NCBI GenBank assembly: GCA_047602425.1
Contig: JASGHG010000001.1
Span: 2,720,001 to 2,784,000, forward strand
From: Nibricoccus sp.
GTDB taxonomy: Bacteria; Verrucomicrobiota; Verrucomicrobiia; Opitutales; Opitutaceae
Length of the DNA: 64,000 bases
Direction of reading: 5' to 3'
This document shows positions 58,752-64,000 of this stretch, one piece after another. Positions within the stretch are counted from its first letter, which is position 1. Every line of letters begins with the position of its first letter. Under the pieces are notes generated by a model. The model saw only the letters and a program-made list of their open reading frames with translations, did no database searches and was not told where the DNA came from. The position numbers were made by a program, and so were the translations under genes.

Positions 58752-60980
58752 TTACCGCCGCTTTTTGGTAGTAGGTGTGCCTGGTGGTTTTGTTCCGCTG
58801 CCTAACCAGTCGGGCAGTGCAGGGGTTTGGGGTGAATCGAGCAGGTTTTTCCATTCCACATCAGTCAGTTGTTCAGCGGAATCATATTCGTAGTATTGCA
58901 TGACCGAACCAGCGCAAAGCACCTGCATGCCGTTCCAAGGGTAAAGCACGTAAAAGTTTCTTGGGCGGCCAATCGCGGCGGCCAGAGATTTGTTGCGCAA
59001 AGGATCGTGGCTTACAGCTACCCAGCGTGGCGCGTCATCGTGCGGTGATAGCCAGGAATTGCCGAAATAGCCCATAACGCGAGCCAGCGATTGCCCATAG
59101 CTGCGCAGGAAGTTTTCTTCATCAATCGTCCAGGGTTGGTGACGTGGTTGTTTTTGGGCCAGAGCTTCGAGAGTGTGTGTGATCCGGCTGAGCAGGAGCC
59201 AGCGCTGTTGCAACGTGGATGGGTTGGCATCGCCAAATAACTCGATGCCTGATTTTGGCTTCTCGGCTTCTTCGAGTTCACGCGAATCGAAACACTTGTT
59301 ATCGGCAAAATAGTCATGACATTTGTCGATGAGCCGCGCCATTCGCGCGAAAAACTCCGGGTTGTCTTCCACGAAGCCTGGCGGCACGGAGATCAGTCCC
59401 ATAAAAAGGGCGTTTGCCTTGGCCTGTAGTGTGAACGTGTGGCGCATCTGGGCCCAACCGCCCAGTGCGGTTTGGCAGCTTTTGGCGTCCCACGCTTCTC
59501 TCTTCATAAAGGCAGGAGCGTCGTCGGCCGGAGGTAAAAAGAGTGCGCTGAGAGCGTCCAGATACTGCGAATAAATGTGCGGGCACTTCCACCAATGGTA
59601 TTCCGCATCTTTTTCGGCGGAACGCATTTCGCGCGTGCGGCGAATCGTCTTCAGATCGGTTTCCGTCAGTCGATGCTCTGCGAAAGTCGAGCCGAGCAAT
59701 GCAGCGACAGCGAGTCCTTGAGGTTTCTGTTGTTGGTCGATGAGAGTTTGAAAGAGGATCGCATCAAAGATCCGTGCGGCTGAAAGCACACGGAAGGTGA
59801 GTTGGTGAGCGAGCGTGCCCAACGGTATTTGTGCCTGCAGGTCGGAATTGATCAGGCAGCGCTGTTCGGTGATGAGCTGTCGCAAAAGCGTGACGCGCAG
59901 TCGTTCGAGTTCGGAGTCGTATGCAGCTTCATCCAGTGGCTTTTCCTGCAACTGGCTGTACTTCGTGCGCAGATCTTCGAGGGTCAGATCGTCGGGTATG
60001 CCTAGGAGTCCTTTTCCTCCCTCGTTTTCAATGGCTTGCCCCGATTCACTGTAAGCAAAACGCAGCAGCAAGATTGCATCGAATTCTGCGGGGTGACCGC
60101 TGCGGAATGGAATCATTTGCAGCCAGCGTACGGCCCGAAAATAAGCTGAGAGTTTTTTGGAGGTCGCATAGAAACCGACGGGTTTGCAGAGGCGATAATC
60201 CAGCGCGATGAGCGAATGTGGTTCGGGTGGGCCGAGCCAGACGGGCAACTCGGTGGCGGAGGCCAGACGGATTTTCTCGGCTTGGGCGGAAATTTCTTCG
60301 CGGAGGGCTGGATCGAAAAGTTCAAGCGAGCCGCCAAGGAGAATGATCGCGGGACCGAGCACGCGCTGGTCATGCTGGAGGGCGACCTCCATGCGTTTTT
60401 GCGGCAACATCTTTTTGTCCACGACTTTTTTCGCAGACAAGAGAAGTCGCTCCAATCGCTCGCGCAGCGTCATGGCTTCGCGAAATTCCAGTTCGCGGTA
60501 GGAGTCCTCGAAGAGCACGTGAAACGCGTTTAGAAGAGAGTCGCTCGTTACGTAGACCGGTCCACCCAGATACGGCTCAAATGACTGCTTCACGGCAGGG
60601 CCGTAGGCTATCTGCTGTTTTTCCAGCAAAGCGATAGTTGCGGTGTCAATGTCTTTACTAGCTGCCTTTTGTTTCCAGTCGTAGCTGTCGGTTGGCAAAG
60701 GCAACCGGGAGCGCAAGGCATGTGCTATGTTTCCTTCGGTTGAACGGCGTTTTTCTTCTTCTAATTTTTGATGGGATAAAAGTTGTTCTGGCGTCAGCGC
60801 GGCTTCCCATCGTGCGTTGGCTTCACGCCACTTCTGATTGGCAATGGCGTACTCTGTCTGGGACATGTTGCCTCGGTATGGGGAGTCTGGTGGCGGCGGA
60901 AAAGGCGCTATTTGCGCGCCTAGCGTATATGCAAAAATCAGCGAGAAGATGAATGCCGCCGCGAAATCAGTGGTACGCAT
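58752..60980 (-). CDS. DUF3160-domain exported protein
   Basis: Signal peptide; 'PVYVTSDSLL..FH', 'DY..CKPVGFY', 'YFRAVRWL', 'LGGWAQMRHTF.LQAK', 'GFVE', 'LTD.EW'. Confidence 0.75.
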   Translation of the reverse strand: MRTTDFAAAFIFSLIFAYTLGAQIAPFPPPPDSPYRGNMSQTEYAIANQKWREANARWEAALTPEQLLSHQKLEEEKRRSTEGNIAHALRSRLPLPTDSYDWKQKAASKDIDTATIALLEKQQIAYGPAVKQSFEPYLGGPVYVTSDSLLNAFHVLFEDSYRELEFREAMTLRERLERLLLSAKKVVDKKMLPQKRMEVALQHDQRVLGPAIILLGGSLELFDPALREEISAQAEKIRLASATELPVWLGPPEPHSLIALDYRLCKPVGFYATSKKLSAYFRAVRWLQMIPFRSGHPAEFDAILLLRFAYSESGQAIENEGGKGLLGIPDDLTLEDLRTKYSQLQEKPLDEAAYDSELERLRVTLLRQLITEQRCLINSDLQAQIPLGTLAHQLTFRVLSAARIFDAILFQTLIDQQQKPQGLAVAALLGSTFAEHRLTETDLKTIRRTREMRSAEKDAEYHWWKCPHIYSQYLDALSALFLPPADDAPAFMKREAWDAKSCQTALGGWAQMRHTFTLQAKANALFMGLISVPPGFVEDNPEFFARMARLIDKCHDYFADNKCFDSRELEEAEKPKSGIELFGDANPSTLQQRWLLLSRITHTLEALAQKQPRHQPWTIDEENFLRSYGQSLARVMGYFGNSWLSPHDDAPRWVAVSHDPLRNKSLAAAIGRPRNFYVLYPWNGMQVLCAGSVMQYYEYDSAEQLTDVEWKNLLDSPQTPALPDWLGSGTKPPGTPTTKKRR

Positions 60981-61245
60981 AAAGAAGAAGACGTGCTTCG
61001 ATAAGGTTTCTTAACGCGTTACTGCGAGCCAGCGAGTTGATTCTCCAGGCATCACGGAAGGGTTGGTTGTTGGGGTGGGTTGCGGTTATAAATTGAAACC
61101 GCCGCCTCAACGTTGGAGCGCTCGGGGGCGGCGGGGTTGGCCGGCAGCGTCGGCAGGTGCCGGTGGGTGTGGTATTGGCCGGCGGAAATCGCCGATGCAA
61201 AGTTCGACTGTTAAAGGCGGATCAAAGTTCCTGGATGTTCGATGT

Positions 61246-61419
61246 TCACAGTTCCGCGACCGTAGTGGCTGGTTGTGCGGGAGAAGTGGGCGCGACCGGA
61301 GCGACCTGAGTTTGCGCGACCGATGGAGTGGGCGTGCGATTGGCGGGATCGAAAACGGCAAGTAGGGCGCCGGCAAAAACGGTGGCAATCAGCAGCGGAA
61401 ACGAGAGTGAATCTTTCAT
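61246..61419 (-). CDS. Small 57-aa protein (N-terminal TM/signal, Pro/Thr/Ala-rich tail); below the ORF-track cutoff
   Basis: MKDSLSFPLLIATVFAGALLAVFDPANRTPTPSVAQTQVAPVAPTSPAQPATTVAEL*; ECF-type promoter motif upstream. Confidence 0.6.
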   Translation of the reverse strand: MKDSLSFPLLIATVFAGALLAVFDPANRTPTPSVAQTQVAPVAPTSPAQPATTVAEL

Positions 61420-61444
61420 GACGGATATGGTTTATATCCGGCCA

Positions 61445-61471
61445 GACGCAGTTTCGGGCGCCGGCGTTTCA
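61445..61471 (-). promoter_or_regulatory. Putative ECF promoter (TGAAAC-N17-CGTC)
   Basis: Same boxes and spacing as the motif at 32720-32746; ends 25 nt upstream of the small ORF. Confidence 0.55.
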
Positions 61472-61656
61472 AAGTTGCGCGAAAGAAAAAACGGAAAATT
61501 TCTGTGACGCGTGTAACTTTTTCCGTTCAGACCGTGTGCGGGACACCCGCTACCGCTTTCGGCTGTCTCATGAAGTTTGTCACGTAATACGTTACAAGCT
61601 GATCGCTAGAGCCAAAAACACGGATGAAGCGATTGAGTTAGGAAGAAGCGGAGCGG

Positions 61657-62238
61657 TTAGCTGCAGGTGGCTTCCTTCACGAGGGCGGCGAACGCTTCGG
61701 GCATGGCGATGGTGAGGGCAAGTTCCTGCGCGCGTGGACTCATCTTGCGCCAAGTCTTGCGGATGATGTCGACGTACTTTTCGCGGGTGTATTCGGCATG
61801 TTGCGTGGCGAAGTCGGCGATTTCGGTATCCAGAAAAACGAGACAGGCGGCGTCTTCGAGCGCTTGGGTGCCTGGATTGGTTTTCAATCCGGTCTTCGAG
61901 ACCCATGTTGCAACTTCTTCGGCTTCGGGAGCGGGTACGCCAGCCTGCACAAGGAGTTCGCGGGCGCGATCAGCTTGTTTTTTGTAGAGGGATTTTCTCC
62001 AGGCGTGATAGCCAGGTTTGTCGAGCGGGTAACTGGCGCGGGGCACGGACCAACGTTCAAGGTGTTGGCAGCGGGCGGCGAGGCGCAGGACCGGCGAAGC
62101 ATCGGGTGCGACTTGCGCGATCCACCGTTCCATATTGTCGGCGTAGGCTAGTTCGGCCGGTTGTCCGTTGGCGGTGCGCTTGGGGTCGGCGGAATGAGCC
62201 TGGTCGATCAGCGCGCGGGCTTTCTGATAATTTTCCAT
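61657..62238 (-). CDS. DUF4202 family protein
   Basis: 'IDQAHSADP', 'LAARCQHLERW..PR..YP', 'QALEDAACLVFL', 'KTWRKMS'. Confidence 0.85.
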   Translation of the reverse strand: MENYQKARALIDQAHSADPKRTANGQPAELAYADNMERWIAQVAPDASPVLRLAARCQHLERWSVPRASYPLDKPGYHAWRKSLYKKQADRARELLVQAGVPAPEAEEVATWVSKTGLKTNPGTQALEDAACLVFLDTEIADFATQHAEYTREKYVDIIRKTWRKMSPRAQELALTIAMPEAFAALVKEATCS

Positions 62239-62247
62239 CGTCTCCGA

Positions 62248-62850
62248 CTATACGAGGGAGTCGCCAATGGAAAGCTCGGGTGCGCTTTTTTCGGCGCAGC
62301 GGTCGTAGAGTTCGCGAAGGGCTTCGCGGATATTGCCGCGGTGGTGTCGGTGCAGGCGATGGGCTTCGTGGCTGGAGAGATCGACGCCGAGCGAACTGAC
62401 AAGTTCTTGAAGGAGCTGAGGGGAAGTGACGCAGCGGTGCAGGACCGGCAGGCGATTGGCTCGATGGGTGGTTATGATCAGCATGCCGGCGCGGCGCGTG
62501 GCTCGCCGGAAGCGGAGCCACTGAAAGAGCGAGAGTTGTTCAGCTCCGTCGACCAGCACGGCATCGTTGGCGTCGAGCTTGTCAAAAAACGCCGCGTCGA
62601 AAACGGCGGACAGACGTGGCGATTCGGCGCTGAGACGGATGAGGGTCATGCGGCGTCCCGGGCGCGCAAGGCGGACCATGAGGTCTTCGAGGAGCGTGGT
62701 TTTACCCGAACCTTTTGGACCCACCAGGGCGCCGCGACCGCAATGGTAGTTGAGTTTTTCGATGAGAGGCGCCCAGGAGCTTTCATCGAGACGGTAGCGT
62801 TCGCGGAGTACGCGGTCGGTGGAGAACGGGTTCTCGCGGGCGGGAATCAT
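62248..62850 (-). CDS. Small AAA+/P-loop ATPase
   Basis: 'NPF', Walker A 'GPKGSGKTT', Walker B 'VLVDGAEQ', sensor-2-like 'GNIRE'. Confidence 0.8.
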   Translation of the reverse strand: MIPARENPFSTDRVLRERYRLDESSWAPLIEKLNYHCGRGALVGPKGSGKTTLLEDLMVRLARPGRRMTLIRLSAESPRLSAVFDAAFFDKLDANDAVLVDGAEQLSLFQWLRFRRATRRAGMLIITTHRANRLPVLHRCVTSPQLLQELVSSLGVDLSSHEAHRLHRHHRGNIREALRELYDRCAEKSAPELSIGDSLV

Positions 62851-62985
62851 GTTGTGGTTAGGGTGCGCGGCGTCGCGGGCAGAGGCTACGCAAGGCGGTG
62901 TGACGAAAGCGGGAAGGAGCGGCTGGAACCGCGCGCGGATGTTAAAGAAGCTGGATTGGAATAGACCGGGTTTCTGGCGGTTGGT

Positions 62986-63357
62986 TCACGCGTGGAGGAG
63001 AATTTCTTTTCCGCTGGGACTGAGAAAGAATTCGCAGCGGGCGGTGCGCGATTGTGGTTCGGCAACAAGTTCGACAGCCCAGATTAACGAAATGAGCTTG
63101 CCGGAAAACGACCAAGGAGAACGTGGGAGGGTAAAGCGAATCTTGGCTTCGCCAGCGGCGGCCTGGGCGGAAATTTGCTCGGTGGCGATGACCTCGACGT
63201 CCTCGGTGCCTTTGCCGCGCGTGTACCAGAAGAGACGCACCTCAAGGGACGTGGGCTTGGAGGACAGCGCCCAAAGCACGGAGAGTTCAAGCATCTCGCC
63301 GGGTTTAAAGGCGGTGCGGTTGTTGTCGATGAAAAGGCCGAGTTCGTCGTTGCTCAT
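62986..63357 (-). CDS. Hypothetical beta-sandwich (arrestin/SpoOM-like) protein
   Basis: Alternating beta-strand pattern; 4-nt overlap with the upstream gene. Confidence 0.65.
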   Translation of the reverse strand: MSNDELGLFIDNNRTAFKPGEMLELSVLWALSSKPTSLEVRLFWYTRGKGTEDVEVIATEQISAQAAAGEAKIRFTLPRSPWSFSGKLISLIWAVELVAEPQSRTARCEFFLSPSGKEILLHA

Positions 63358-64000
63358 TGGGTGGAGCCTCCGGGGGCGATTTCGTAGGAGAATTCCTCTT
63401 TCACATCGGGCCAGCGCGGGATGGTGCCATGGAGCTTAAGAGCCCAGATGATTTTGTTATTGGGCGCCTTGAAACTATGCATGGCGCCGGCCGGAATTTG
63501 GACTTTGGCGGAGCCGGCCTGCATCGCGGTCGGGTCGGTTGTATCTAACAATTGGATGCGGGAAAAAGTTTCCTTGTCGGTCGGCGTGTCGGTGCCACGA
63601 CGGTAAGTCGCCTCCTCGCGTCCCTCGAGCGAAAGCTGAAAGCGACTCAGGCGATCCGTACGGCCGGCGAATTCCCAGCTGACCTCAATCGTTTCGCCCG
63701 GACAAGCCACACCGCGGCTAACAGTGAGGCTTGGCCGCGGATTGAACAGCGCCATGCCCTGATAAACGACGCCGCCGATCAAGCCGAGTCCCACCGCGAC
63801 GAATGGCAGGAGAAACAGCCCCATGAAAAGACCGATGCCGCTCCATGTTTGATTGAGAAGAAAAACGGAAACAATGCCGTTCCAGAAGACAGCCATCACG
63901 AGGAGACCGATGAGCTTGGCCTTGGGCGAGGTGGTGGGTGCGAGCGTGCAAGGTCCGGATATTTCAAAGGATTCGAAAGCCGATTGGGATGCGCTGGACT
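63354..64000 (-). CDS. Membrane protein (often DUF3592-containing), C-terminal part; 5' end lies outside the window
   Basis: Frame open to the window edge; 'FWNGIVSVF', 'LPFVAVGL', C-terminal 'I..WPDV.EEF'. Confidence 0.7.
   Translation of the reverse strand, partial: SSASQSAFESFEISGPCTLAPTTSPKAKLIGLLVMAVFWNGIVSVFLLNQTWSGIGLFMGLFLLPFVAVGLGLIGGVVYQGMALFNPRPSLTVSRGVACPGETIEVSWEFAGRTDRLSRFQLSLEGREEATYRRGTDTPTDKETFSRIQLLDTTDPTAMQAGSAKVQIPAGAMHSFKAPNNKIIWALKLHGTIPRWPDVKEEFSYEIAPGGSTQ

Noticed and set aside
61512..61536. TGTAAC-N15-CGTG on the + strand
   Set aside because: Spacing is short and no credible gene lies downstream on that strand. A small RNA cannot be excluded but is unsupported.

Overview
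GC-rich bacterial chromosomal window. The gene repertoire and style suggest Verrucomicrobiota, probably Opitutaceae (inference, not tested). It holds about 58 CDS, partial at both ends; I saw no rRNA, tRNA, CRISPR array, integrase or transposase. Housekeeping genes (amt, xth, pncC-like, tex, holA, purB, PPi-type pfk, rRNA methyltransferases) alternate with envelope and stress modules. The most interesting element is a tightly packed minus-strand operon at 43982-50156. It encodes YceI, a MacB-type ABC permease and ATPase, a CcoN-like haem-copper-oxidase-superfamily protein that keeps its three haem-ligating His but lacks a canonical CuB site, a small membrane protein, and an MFS-like membrane domain fused to a CcoO-like domain plus a second c-type haem domain. 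No ccoP/Q or ccoGHIS is present, so this is not an ordinary cbb3 oxidase. Other points: (i) a 5-gene glycine-zipper/LpoB/YcfL/CsgG-like/COG3014 envelope operon; (ii) a CorE-like Cys-rich ECF sigma factor beside a Cu(I) P1B-ATPase with a hidden 1-nt frameshift; (iii) a CnrY/CnrX-like fused anti-sigma upstream of its sigma factor; (iv) a double beta-propeller protein with a 32-Ser linker and GlyGly-CTERM-like anchor; (v) a Sel1/coiled-coil/LysM protein; (vi) an unlisted 57-aa ORF; (vii) recurring ECF-type promoter motifs. All family assignments come from motif recognition by eye; no database search was run.
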